Shown here piece after piece: positions 8,747-20,404 of a stretch of 64,000 bases of DNA. How positions within the stretch are numbered: the stretch's first letter is position 1; each line of letters opens with the position of its first letter. The translations under genes were made by a program, and so were the position numbers. Source of the DNA: a candidate division CPR3 bacterium GWF2_35_18 (GTDB lineage Bacteria > Patescibacteriota > CPR3 > GWF2-35-18); assembly GCA_001771135.1 (NCBI GenBank), contig MESW01000008.1, forward strand, positions 2,373-66,372. Reading direction: 5' to 3'. Below the pieces are notes generated by a model. It was not told the DNA's origin and did no database searches. It saw only the letters and a list, made by a program, of their open reading frames with translations.

Positions 8747-9619
8747 TTAGTTAAAATTACTTTCGAAGCTAATTCCAGTTGTATCTTCACTTTTTCCCTC
8801 TTCCCATTTGTCTTTTTCTTTTGTAGTTTGATATAGATAATTTCTGACTTTTTGAATTTTTGTTTGAGTTGGTTCTTTACTGATCATTCCTGGACCGCCA
8901 ATACAACCGCCGGGACAAGAGAGACAATCAAAAAAACGAAATTTCTGGCTTTCTGTACCAAAATTACTTAAGATTTTTAGTTCATTTTGCAATCCATTTA
9001 CTATTTTGATTTTATCTTTACAACCTAAATCGTCTGCTGGCATTGATTCTGTCATTCCGCCATCTAGGGGATAGATCTTGGTGGCTTCCGTAGATAGAGA
9101 ATCAAACTTTTCTTCCAGATTACTTTCTATATTCCGCAAATTTTTATTATTCAGGTATTGCTGTAATTCGGAGAAAGTGATGACGATGTCGATGACTTGG
9201 GGGAATTTTTTTGCCTCCAGTTTTTTGGTTAAACACGGACCGATAAACACAACTTTATAACCAGGGAAATGAGTTTTTAAGACTTTTCCCATAGCCACCA
9301 TTGGGGAAACAAAAGGCATTAAATTTTCTTTATATTGTGGGTATTTATTTTCAACTAAAGCCACCAGAGTGGGGCAGGGAGAAGATATATATGATTTACT
9401 TTGATTTTTGCTTAGGAATTCCTTGTAACACTCGTTAACAATTTTGGCCCCAAAGGTTGTTTCGACGATTTTATCAAAACCAAGATGACGTAGAATAGTG
9501 ATGATTTTTGGATATTCAAAATCAACGACAAAAGAAGGCGCGAGCATGGCAATCTTTTTTTCTGTTGAAGATAGTAAATGGTCTAATTTTTGGATATCAG
9601 GTGAGATAGGTGTGGGCAT
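8747..9619 (-). CDS. [FeFe]-hydrogenase large-subunit C-terminal (H-cluster) domain-like protein, minimal 290-aa form.
   Basis: Aligns to HydA H-domain motifs: LGFDKIVETTFGA, SSPCPTLV (vs TSCCPGW), FIGPCLTKKLEA (vs MPCTSKKFEA), FFDCLSCPGGCIGGPGM (vs ACxGGCxxGGGQ). No ferredoxin-like N-terminal domains. Confidence 0.6.
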   Translation of the reverse strand: MPTPISPDIQKLDHLLSSTEKKIAMLAPSFVVDFEYPKIITILRHLGFDKIVETTFGAKIVNECYKEFLSKNQSKSYISSPCPTLVALVENKYPQYKENLMPFVSPMVAMGKVLKTHFPGYKVVFIGPCLTKKLEAKKFPQVIDIVITFSELQQYLNNKNLRNIESNLEEKFDSLSTEATKIYPLDGGMTESMPADDLGCKDKIKIVNGLQNELKILSNFGTESQKFRFFDCLSCPGGCIGGPGMISKEPTQTKIQKVRNYLYQTTKEKDKWEEGKSEDTTGISFESNFN

Positions 9620-9628
9620 ATTAAGGTT

Positions 9629-10165
9629 TTATTTTTTAATTAAATTCAGATTTTTGGTTTTGATTATCATATAGACAATAATTCCAGCGATAGTGGCAGT
9701 TAAAAACTGGTTAAAACCCATGGTTTTCAAAAATATAGCCGGTAAAATTTTGAAGCTGAAGTATCCATAAGCAGAAAGATACAGTACGAATGTTTTTATA
9801 AGCGAAGCTATTAGAAGAGTGAAAAAATAATTGAATTTTTTTTCAACATATAGGTTTTTGATAACTAAGATAAGGGTTGCATTACTAGCCCAAATAAAAG
9901 GAACCATATAAAAAAGGAGTGGAGTGAAAGGTCCAAAGATATAGCCACGGGTGAGTACTCCGATACTGGGAAGAAAAAATAACGGGAAAAGAGTTTTAAT
10001 ATCTTTGTAAGTTATAGCTGCATAAATCAAGGCGATATTTACAAGAATCCCTACCAGTATTTGAGGCCCGCCGATTAGGAAAGGAATGGTAAAAGAAGCA
10101 ACATAGGTAATGATGAGAAAGGTTTTGCTGAGGCTAATTGTATCTATTTCGATGTGATTATCCAT
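9629..10165 (-). CDS. Small polytopic membrane protein, possibly an ECF-transporter S-component-like protein.
   Basis: 178 aa with about 5-6 hydrophobic helices. Confidence 0.4.
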   Translation of the reverse strand: MDNHIEIDTISLSKTFLIITYVASFTIPFLIGGPQILVGILVNIALIYAAITYKDIKTLFPLFFLPSIGVLTRGYIFGPFTPLLFYMVPFIWASNATLILVIKNLYVEKKFNYFFTLLIASLIKTFVLYLSAYGYFSFKILPAIFLKTMGFNQFLTATIAGIIVYMIIKTKNLNLIKK

Positions 10166-10224
10166 ATATCCATATTAAGAGGGATAATAATTTTTGTCAA
10201 AGGAGAGTATCTTGGGAAAGGTTA

Positions 10225-10307
10225 TGCCGGAGGAGGGAGTCGAACCCACACGAGGTTGCCCTCACTGGTTTTTGAGACCAGCTTGTCTGCCATTCCAACA
10301 CTCCGGC
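10225..10307 (-). tRNA. tRNA-Leu (anticodon CAA), type II tRNA with a long variable arm. CCA is not encoded.
   Basis: The minus-strand sequence GCCGGAGTGTTGGAATGGCAGACAAGCTGGTCTCAAAAACCAGTGAGGGCAACCTCGTGTGGGTTCGACTCCCTCCTCCGGCA folds as a cloverleaf. It has a 7-bp acceptor stem, an anticodon loop CTCAAAA, and a GGTTCGA T-loop. Confidence 0.85.
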
Positions 10308-10536
10308 ATAAAAGTCGTTAAGAGCAAAATATAAAGGATCAAGAGAAAATTATACAGGAAAAAGGAGGGAAGGGAAAGAGAAGGGAATAAGAGATGTTTT
10401 TATTAGAATTTTCTTTTCTTTTTCTTGAAAGTAATTTCAAAAAAAGGAGAAGAAAGGAAGAGAGGCGATGTAATTTATACATGTACCTAATCTTCCTAGG
10501 CAGGTTTTCCTTGTCTCTTCTTTCTTCTTTGTTTCT

Positions 10537-10791
10537 TTATTGCCGGGAGTAATACTCCTCTTTTCTCTGTCCAAAGGAGTTTTCCCATTCGAATTCGGCT
10601 CGCCAGTCGTCCATAGAAAAATGCCGCCAACGAATGGCGCGCAGAGCAAGAAGCCAATTGAGGCTACAATCTGGATTTCCGGTTTCCTGGAAGATTTTTG
10701 AAGCTTCAGATGCTATTTCTTGAAAATGAGCAGCCGTAAAAGTGGCATCATCCACAACAACCGGTTTTTGAATCAGAAGTTGAGCAGTCAT
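10537..10791 (-). CDS. Hypothetical protein (GC-rich island).
   Basis: 84 aa with an ATG at 10789-10791. It sits 9 nt after the stop of the upstream ORF, with a GGTGA Shine-Dalgarno-like sequence, so it appears translationally coupled. No motif recognised. Confidence 0.35.
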   Translation of the reverse strand: MTAQLLIQKPVVVDDATFTAAHFQEIASEASKIFQETGNPDCSLNWLLALRAIRWRHFSMDDWRAEFEWENSFGQRKEEYYSRQ

Positions 10792-10800
10792 GACTCACCT

Positions 10801-11304
10801 CTACAATTGAAGGTCTTCAGGATCTGGGACTTCCAGTGGTTCGATCGGGATAATAATCCCTTTATAAACTTCGACCTCGACGACGGTTGTGGTGATGCTG
10901 ATTTCTGTCAAAGTTTGATAGATCGTTGAAATTAAAAACGGTCCAGTAATAGAAAGCGACGCGCCGGCGGGAATAACGGTATCGGGTTGGAGGGGGATAT
11001 AGACTTTATCCCGCAGAAAATCATTCTTCGATTTCACCAGAACCGAAATCCCAATGATCCGAATGGGGTTAATGAGTTGGAAATCTGATACGCCTTGTGC
11101 TTGTAAAGCTCCTTCATAAAGAGGGGTACCAGTTTTTGCATCATAGATGCGAACCTTCTTTTTATGTTGTACAGCCCTACGGAGATGGATTATATCAGAG
11201 GTTTCAGGTGTAATGAGCAGCAGATCAGTGTCCATTTCTCCGTGACAAATCAGAGAACTAGGGCTGTTAGGTTTGAAGATTTCCACTGTTACTTGTTGTT
11301 TCAT
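10801..11304 (-). CDS. Hypothetical protein (GC-rich island), probably beta-rich.
   Basis: 167 aa with an ATG start and AAAGGA upstream. Elevated GC. No recognised motifs. Confidence 0.5.
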   Translation of the reverse strand: MKQQVTVEIFKPNSPSSLICHGEMDTDLLLITPETSDIIHLRRAVQHKKKVRIYDAKTGTPLYEGALQAQGVSDFQLINPIRIIGISVLVKSKNDFLRDKVYIPLQPDTVIPAGASLSITGPFLISTIYQTLTEISITTTVVEVEVYKGIIIPIEPLEVPDPEDLQL

Positions 11305-11335
11305 GGTCTTTTACCGTCCTTTCTCAAAATAGGGT

Positions 11336-11377
11336 GAAGGGGCATTGTATCTGTCTTGCAACAGGCAACACCCCTTC
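11336..11377 (-). other. Intergenic stem-loop between two island ORFs, a possible attenuator or weak terminator.
   Basis: GAAGGGG...CCCCTTC 7-bp stem with an internal TTGC..GCAA helix. On the coding (minus) strand it is followed by ACCCTATTTTG. Confidence 0.3.
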
Positions 11378-11391
11378 TTAGGGTCAGAATA

Positions 11392-11820
11392 TCAGGCTAG
11401 CACTTCGAATAACTCTTTGATTTCGGACAACATGGCGAAGTGAGGAAGGGGATCTTCGATGAGCTCGATTACGACTTCCCAGCAACGCATGTCACCAAAG
11501 CAGAGAGTTAATCTTTGACCGATTTTTTCCCGAAGTACCTTCACAGATTTTGGGTGTAGTTGGATTGCTTCTATGAGAGGGAAAATCGTTGCCCAGCAGG
11601 CGTTTTCTTCGACAAGACAGGTGTCCCCCTCGTAGATAGAGACGGTGAAACCATCTGCTAAATCATTGCTGGTTATCTGACGGTAACCTTCTCTTTGAGC
11701 AGCTAACATGAGATCGCCATTGACGGTTGTTTGCTGCCATTCGGATGGTAGATCTCGAGGGTATCGTAGGATTGTCCAGAGGCCAAGCCTCGCGTTAACG
11801 TAGTAATAGGATTTAGTCAT
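11392..11820 (-). CDS. Hypothetical protein (GC-rich island).
   Basis: The ORF-track entry 11392..12108 overlaps pyrB in another frame. The plausible start is the ATG at 11818-11820, 13 nt after the pyrB stop (MTKSYYYVNARLG...). 143 aa with 4 Cys as CLVEENAC and CFGDMRC. Confidence 0.5.
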   Translation of the reverse strand: MTKSYYYVNARLGLWTILRYPRDLPSEWQQTTVNGDLMLAAQREGYRQITSNDLADGFTVSIYEGDTCLVEENACWATIFPLIEAIQLHPKSVKVLREKIGQRLTLCFGDMRCWEVVIELIEDPLPHFAMLSEIKELFEVLA

Positions 11821-11833
11821 TTCAGACTCTTTT

Positions 11834-12778
11834 CTATGCTTTACCAAGAACCATCGCGAGCAGCGCCATGCGGACATACAGTCCATATTCCATCTGGCGG
11901 AAATACGCCGCCCGGGGATCGGAGTCGATCTCCATCGGCAGTTCTGGGCCGCGCGGGAACGGATGCAAAATTGTGATCTTCGGTTTAGCGAGATCCAGGA
12001 GTTCTGGTGTGACAACGATATCTGTTCCTTGTGTGACATAGAGTACATCCGTAAAAGACAGAATGGTTTCGTCCAAAACTGACTTGTTGATGAGGATGAG
12101 AGTTCCAACTCTGGCTACTTCCTGAAGAAACTCTTCATCAAAAAACTGTTCTGAGGTGGAGATCAAAGTTACGGTGATGTCGTGAAAGAGCATTAAGAGC
12201 CGGATCAGGGAACGGATCGCTCGATTTTTCAGACTTCCGATGATGGTGATATTCAGGCCGGAGATCTGGCCCATTTCTTCTCGGATACTGAAGATATCCA
12301 AAAGTGCCTGAGTGGGATGTTCACCAGTTTCACCTTCACCAGCATTGATGACTGGTTTATGGGCGTATTGTGCCGCGATTTTGGATGAGCCAATAGTTGG
12401 GTGACGCAGTACTATCACATCCGCGTAGGCTTCAACCGTGCGCACCCAATCTGGTAAGGCAGCTTCAGGGCGTTCGGAGGAATATTGTTGCGCAAAGATT
12501 GGAATTACAGAGCCGCCAAGCCGTTCCATGGCCGAAGTGAAACAGGACATGGTGCGGGTCGAAGGTTCATAGAACATATTGGCCAAAATCTTGCCTTTTA
12601 AAAGATCAAAGGTTCCAAGACTGTTGACCATAACACCCATTTCGTGGGCAATATCGAAGATAAAGTTCAGGTCATCAAGGGAAAATTGACCGACAGACAA
12701 GATATTCTCCCCATACCAGGGAGCGTCTTTATTATCACCGAATGGAATATGCTTGGTTTTTGTGAGAGGAGTATTCAT
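11834..12778 (-). CDS. pyrB: Aspartate carbamoyltransferase catalytic chain-like protein (ATCase/OTCase fold).
   Basis: Collinear with E. coli PyrB: DDLNFIFDIA, FYEPSTRTMSCFTSAMERLGGSV (STRTR-like), VLRHP, PVINAGEGETGEHPTQALLDIFSI (HPTQ), ILHPFPRGPE (HPLPR), LLAMVLG. The second Arg of STRTR is replaced by Met. Confidence 0.85.
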   Translation of the reverse strand: MNTPLTKTKHIPFGDNKDAPWYGENILSVGQFSLDDLNFIFDIAHEMGVMVNSLGTFDLLKGKILANMFYEPSTRTMSCFTSAMERLGGSVIPIFAQQYSSERPEAALPDWVRTVEAYADVIVLRHPTIGSSKIAAQYAHKPVINAGEGETGEHPTQALLDIFSIREEMGQISGLNITIIGSLKNRAIRSLIRLLMLFHDITVTLISTSEQFFDEEFLQEVARVGTLILINKSVLDETILSFTDVLYVTQGTDIVVTPELLDLAKPKITILHPFPRGPELPMEIDSDPRAAYFRQMEYGLYVRMALLAMVLGKA

Positions 12779-12783
12779 GATGT

Positions 12784-13020
12784 TTATCCCACTTCTTTCG
12801 GAGATATTACGTTAACGACAGTGATATCTTTTTCCCGAAGGAGAATTTTCTTTGAATCTGCCATGATCGTTCCGCAAGGGGTAAAAACTCGAACTTTACG
12901 ATTGATGCGGATAACGATTAAATCTCCTGGGTCGAAGCGACGCGCCGGGATTCGGAGCTGCAGATTCTCTTGAGTAAGCACGAGCTCTGCATTAACAAGA
13001 TGGGTTTTCGGCTTTTTCAT
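12784..13020 (-). CDS. Small hypothetical protein (GC-rich island).
   Basis: The start is assigned to the internal ATG at 13018-13020, which is preceded by AAGGAG and avoids overlap with the upstream ORF. 78 aa, MKKPKTHLVNAELVLTQENLQLRIPARRFDPGDLIVIRINRKV... Confidence 0.45.
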   Translation of the reverse strand: MKKPKTHLVNAELVLTQENLQLRIPARRFDPGDLIVIRINRKVRVFTPCGTIMADSKKILLREKDITVVNVISPKEVG

Positions 13021-13030
13021 GACATACTCC

Positions 13031-13330
13031 TTATCGAGGGATAACTTGATCTTCATCTTGAGCTGGATGGCCTAATCCCGACGGCGCCGGGTTGGATCCT
13101 TGGATAGTGTCTGAACCTGTTTCTGGGGTAATCATTTTTGGTGTCTTGGTAAAACGAATCTCAGCAACAACCTCGTATTCTTCCCCAGGGTTGAAGCCTG
13201 CATTGTTAAGAAGTTGCCCCAACAGCGCTGTAGAGACGGTAGTTTTGCCCTGAATTTCTAGGCCGAAATTATTACCGGTTGCTCCTGTTTCAGGGATTAG
13301 AACAATCTTGAATTTGATTTTAGCTTGCAT
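13031..13330 (-). CDS. Small hypothetical protein (GC-rich island).
   Basis: The start is assigned to the ATG at 13328-13330, preceded by GAAAGGAGA (6-nt spacer). 99 aa, MQAKIKFKIVLIPETGATGNNFGLEIQGK... The longer ORF-track start at 13411 lacks an RBS. Confidence 0.45.
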   Translation of the reverse strand: MQAKIKFKIVLIPETGATGNNFGLEIQGKTTVSTALLGQLLNNAGFNPGEEYEVVAEIRFTKTPKMITPETGSDTIQGSNPAPSGLGHPAQDEDQVIPR

Positions 13331-13419
13331 AGCGGGTCTCCTTTCTAGAATAGACGGATAGGATGGGGTGTTGAATCTGAATAATTCTATTGGTATATCT
13401 TGATAGGTCACTTCCTTTC

Positions 13420-13434
13420 TTGAATGTTATTCAA
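13420..13434. promoter_or_regulatory. Inverted repeat TTGAAT-gtt-ATTCAA in the divergent promoter region. Candidate operator.
   Basis: Perfect 6-bp inverted repeat with a 3-nt spacer, between the divergent island operon and the P-type ATPase gene. Confidence 0.3.
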
Positions 13435-13503
13435 TTTGTTGAAAAGGTGATGGGGGATCCTCTTTCGAGGTGCGACTTGAGAGGTTATTCTATCAAATTT
13501 TCA

Positions 13504-13531
13504 TTGTAAATTGAAGCAGTTTCGATATAAT
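13504..13531 (+). promoter_or_regulatory. Sigma70-like promoter for the P-type ATPase gene.
   Basis: TTGTAA, a 16-nt spacer, then a perfect TATAAT about 35 nt upstream of the ATG at 13566. Confidence 0.4.
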
Positions 13532-13565
13532 AGAAAAGTAATTTAATTTTTAACCTTTTAAAATT

Positions 13566-16268
13566 ATGTTTCATACACTTTCAATCTCTGAATCTCTAAA
13601 AAATTTAGAATCTACACAAAATGGTTTGTCTAATCTGGAAGCGGATAAACGTTTGAAAAAATTCGGTAAAAATGAACTTCAAGAACCACCTAAAGATCCT
13701 CTCTGGAAGAAATTTTTGGCTCAATTTAAAGACTTCTTAATTATTATTTTGATTGGGGCAGTTATTATTTCTGCTGTTTTGGGAGAGTTTGTGGATGCGA
13801 TTGCAATACTGGTTATACTTCTTATTAACGCTATTTTAGGTTTTGTTCAAGAATATCGAGCCGAACAGGCGCTTGAAGCTTTGAAAAAGATGTCGGGATT
13901 ATCGGCAAAAGTAATGAGAGAAGGAAGGGTTGAAAAAATTCCGGTTTCTCAAGTTGTTCAGGGAGACGTTTTTATTTTAGAAACTGGAGATAAGGTTCCT
14001 GCTGATGCGAGGATTATAGAATCAATTAATCTAAAAGTTTCTGAATCAATTTTAACTGGAGAATCAGACGCTCTGCATAAGAATACCGAGTCTTTGGGTA
14101 AAGATATTGTTCACCTTGGTGATATGCGGAATATTGTATTTAAAGATACTATAATAATGTTCGGTAGGGGAAAAGCTGTTGCTTATGCTACCGGAATGAA
14201 TACTGAGGTTGGAAAAATTGCGAATAAACTTCTTTCAACTGAATCAACTCCAAGTCCTCTCAGTCTTGAAATCGATAAAACCGGTAAAAATATTGCGATT
14301 GCGGTTCTCGCTATTTGTGCTGTAGTCTTTGCTATTGGATTTTTTATGAAGACCACTGGAGTTCTGGAGATTTTTTTAACAGCTATTTCTTTGGCGGTGG
14401 CCGCAATTCCGGAAGGTCTTCCGGCTGTTGTTACAATCGTTTTAGCAATTGGGATTAAACGTCTCGCTCAACAAAAAGCCATTATAAAAAAGCTTCATGC
14501 TGTCGAAACTTTAGGTTCAACGACTCATATTTGTAGTGATAAAACAGGAACTTTAACCCAAAATTCGATGATGGTTACCGATATTTGGTTACCTACAAAC
14601 AACTATACAGTCACAGGGACAAAATATGAACCTCAGGGAACGTTTTTAAAATCAGGAAAAGAGTTAAAAGAGATTCAAACAGATGAAGACTTAAAAACAA
14701 TATTGAAGATTGGAGCTCTTAATAACGATGCGGAAATTAGATTTGATGAGAATCAAAAAAAGTGGAAATTGTTTGGAGATCCAACCGAAGGAGCTCTTAT
14801 TGTTGTAGCCATGAAAGCAGGTTTGAAAATAGAAGAGCTAAATCTTACTGCACCGCGAGTTTCGGAAATTCCATTCTCTTCAGAGAAGGCAATGATGACA
14901 ACTATTCATCAAAAAGGAGAAGAGTATATTGCATATATCAAAGGCGCTCCAGAAAAAATATTAGCGCTGTGTTCATATATTCAGGAAGATAAAAAAATTC
15001 GTGAACTTACAGTAAAAGAGAGAAAAGAAATTGAATTATATGTATCAAAGATGAATAAGCAAGCTCTTCGAACTTTAGGTTTTGCCTATAAAAAAGTAAC
15101 CAAAAATCAGTCACGTAATCCCATGGAACACGATAATGAAATAGAAAAGAATTTGGTCTTTGTAGGTCTAATGGGGCAAAAGGATCCGCTGCGACCTGAG
15201 GTTTTTGACGCAATAGAAAAATGTAAACTAGCCGGAATTCGTCCAATCATGATTACGGGAGACCACTTTTTAACTGCTTATGCAATTGGTAAAGAGCTAA
15301 AAATGATTGAAAACGAAGAAGAAGTTCTAAATGGAGAAGAGCTATCAAAACTGAGTAATGATGAATTAAGAGAAAAATTAAGAACAGTTTCAGTCTTTGC
15401 TAGGGTTTTACCAAAAGATAAGTTGCGTATTATTGAAGTACTTAAAGAAGATAAAGATAAGGTTATTGCTGTAACCGGTGACGGTGTGAATGACAGTTTG
15501 GCTATTAAGTCAGCAGACATTGGAATTGCGATGGGAATTGAGGGCACTGATGTTACCCGTGAAGTTGCGGATATGATTCTTCAAGATGATAACTTCGCCA
15601 CGATTGTAAATGCGGTCAGACAGGGGAGAGTGATTTTTGCTAATTTGGTAAAATTTATCCGCTATCTTATTTCCTGTAACATCTCTGAAGTGATGGTAGT
15701 TTTGCTGGCGGTTATTGTAGGTTTACCTCTTCCATTACTTCCAATTCAACTCCTTTGGGTAAATTTGATTACTGATGGTTTTCCTGCTCTTGCTTTGGGA
15801 GTTGATCCTCCCGAAAAAGGGGTTATGAATAGACCTCCTCGGAATTTAAATGAAGGTATTCTCTCTCCCAGAAGATGGTTAGAAATTTTACTCGAAGGAA
15901 CGGTGATGGGTTTAGCAGTTTTCTTTGTTTTTACACAAACCGATCATCAAGCAAATCTAGAAATGGCGCGAACAGCAACTTTCATTACCCTTTGTATCGT
16001 GCAATTATTACATGCGCTATCCAATCGGTCGGAAACGTTATCTATTTTTAGCTTGGGATTATTTTCAAATAAGGCTTTAATTTTTGCTATTGTTGGTTCA
16101 TTTTTACTCCAAATGATTGTAGTTTACACTCCGATAGGAGAATTTATATTTAAAGCTGTTCCATTACCCTTTAATGAATGGGTGATGATTTTGGCGGCTT
16201 CTTTTGTTCCATTTATTGGAGTAGAAATGGTAAAAATGGTTAAAAGAAAAAGCATGGAAGCAATTTGA
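13566..16268 (+). CDS. P-type cation-transporting ATPase (type II, Ca2+-ATPase-like).
   Basis: DKTGTLT phosphorylation motif (CSDKTGTLTQN), PEGLP, KGAPE, TGDGVNDSLAIKSADIGIAMG, and about 10 TM segments. 900 aa. Confidence 0.9.
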   Translation: MFHTLSISESLKNLESTQNGLSNLEADKRLKKFGKNELQEPPKDPLWKKFLAQFKDFLIIILIGAVIISAVLGEFVDAIAILVILLINAILGFVQEYRAEQALEALKKMSGLSAKVMREGRVEKIPVSQVVQGDVFILETGDKVPADARIIESINLKVSESILTGESDALHKNTESLGKDIVHLGDMRNIVFKDTIIMFGRGKAVAYATGMNTEVGKIANKLLSTESTPSPLSLEIDKTGKNIAIAVLAICAVVFAIGFFMKTTGVLEIFLTAISLAVAAIPEGLPAVVTIVLAIGIKRLAQQKAIIKKLHAVETLGSTTHICSDKTGTLTQNSMMVTDIWLPTNNYTVTGTKYEPQGTFLKSGKELKEIQTDEDLKTILKIGALNNDAEIRFDENQKKWKLFGDPTEGALIVVAMKAGLKIEELNLTAPRVSEIPFSSEKAMMTTIHQKGEEYIAYIKGAPEKILALCSYIQEDKKIRELTVKERKEIELYVSKMNKQALRTLGFAYKKVTKNQSRNPMEHDNEIEKNLVFVGLMGQKDPLRPEVFDAIEKCKLAGIRPIMITGDHFLTAYAIGKELKMIENEEEVLNGEELSKLSNDELREKLRTVSVFARVLPKDKLRIIEVLKEDKDKVIAVTGDGVNDSLAIKSADIGIAMGIEGTDVTREVADMILQDDNFATIVNAVRQGRVIFANLVKFIRYLISCNISEVMVVLLAVIVGLPLPLLPIQLLWVNLITDGFPALALGVDPPEKGVMNRPPRNLNEGILSPRRWLEILLEGTVMGLAVFFVFTQTDHQANLEMARTATFITLCIVQLLHALSNRSETLSIFSLGLFSNKALIFAIVGSFLLQMIVVYTPIGEFIFKAVPLPFNEWVMILAASFVPFIGVEMVKMVKRKSMEAI

Positions 16269-16392
16269 GCCAAAGAGATACTATCTTTAAATATATCTTA
16301 TTTCCTGATATAATAACCTGTCCATTCCCTCAATAAGAGGTGATCCCCATTTAGAAAAGACAACTGAATATGATATGAAAGGAGAGTGATTT

Positions 16393-16959
16393 GTGAGAGT
16401 AATCCTCTGGGTTGTTGGCGGTGGCTTTTACCAGCACGTTTGCGCCGAATTTGATCCAGTCAACAATGGATTTGTACTGGAAAATTATGACAGTCGTCAA
16501 ATTGTCGGTGGACGAAAGGTAAATGTTATCAATTCGCACCAGATACTTCAAGGTTGGGCGAATTTCTCAAGAGGAGGAACGGGAGAGATCGAAGTTACGG
16601 GAGTATGGATCTACCCGTATCTTTACCCACTAGAGGAGGATTGGAAACCGTTTCCTCTCTACTGGTGTTTAATTAATTACCAGTCGTTCATGATGACACC
16701 CCAAGGTCTTGTAATTCCGGCCGACTGTAACATTGAGATTCAGTCTGCTCGTTTTCCCAAGATTTCAGGAACATACAGATTTCTTGAAGACTTTAATCCT
16801 TTTGATGGAGCTCTTGCTCCGCAATTCAGGTTGAATGCAGCACCGCAAGCAGGTGTAATCCTTCGGCGTGTTGTAAACACTGGCACTACTTGCCGTGGTT
16901 CAGCAAACCTCAACCTTCCTTCTTCGGAATTAATCAAAAAAGTATTCGAAGAATACTAA
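16393..16959 (+). CDS. Hypothetical protein (GC-rich island, immediately upstream of the orphan F1 beta/alpha pair).
   Basis: GTG start at 16393-16395, preceded by AAAGGAGAG. 188 aa with no motif recognised. Same RBS context as the downstream beta gene. Confidence 0.5.
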   Translation: MRVILWVVGGGFYQHVCAEFDPVNNGFVLENYDSRQIVGGRKVNVINSHQILQGWANFSRGGTGEIEVTGVWIYPYLYPLEEDWKPFPLYWCLINYQSFMMTPQGLVIPADCNIEIQSARFPKISGTYRFLEDFNPFDGALAPQFRLNAAPQAGVILRRVVNTGTTCRGSANLNLPSSELIKKVFEEY

Positions 16960-16986
16960 AAATGCACCTAAAAATTTCAAATGTAA

Positions 16987-20099
<3,113 letters not shown>

Positions 20100-20136
20100 C
20101 ATCTTCATTCTCACAAAACGGTAAAAATTTCATTAA

Positions 20137-20190
20137 CTGCGGGCGTAAAAGCCGTTCTCGATCATTCGAGTAACCCGCAGCTTTTTCTTT
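20137..20190 (+). terminator. Rho-independent terminator after the island alpha gene.
   Basis: CTGCGGG...CCCGCAG 7-bp stem enclosing an inner CTCGA-tcat-TCGAG hairpin, followed by CTTTTTCTTT. Confidence 0.55.
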
Positions 20191-20404
20191 CATAAAAGCT
20201 TTTCCAATTTCCTTTCCAAAAACAATTTTTTCAAATTGCTTCTCAAATATATCCCTGTTAAAATTAACTTGAATTCTTACAGTTATTAATTATGATGAAA
20301 AACTTAAGATTAGAAATCAAAGAATTGAGCCATCTGTATAAAAAAGATCCAGATAAAGTGAATATCGTGAATAAAGCGGTCTTGCAATTTTTTGATAAAA
20401 CATT

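Noticed and set aside
10225-10575. Classical tRNA-targeted genomic island, with the island integrated into the tRNA-Leu 3' end and flanked by att direct repeats.
   Set aside because: The GC-rich block lies on the 5' side of the tRNA. I could not find a direct repeat of the tRNA 3' end at 13.4, 16.3 or 20.2 kb. Adjacency is noted only as circumstantial.
11392-12108. 238-aa ORF-track entry whose 5' 95 codons overlap pyrB in another frame.
   Set aside because: The overlap is implausible. An internal ATG at 11818-11820, located 13 nt after the pyrB stop, gives a clean 143-aa gene. I kept only 11392..11820.
12784-13411. Assignment of the 78-aa or 99-aa ORF, or of the 143-aa ORF downstream of pyrB, as the ATCase regulatory chain PyrI.
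   Set aside because: No GTVIDHIPA-type allosteric-domain motif and no C-x4-C...C-x2-C zinc domain. Length and cysteine spacing do not fit.
16351-16551. 66-aa minus-strand ORF overlapping the start of the island 188-aa gene, and 16740..16937 inside it.
   Set aside because: It overlaps a better-supported GTG-start gene that has a strong RBS. There is no independent support.
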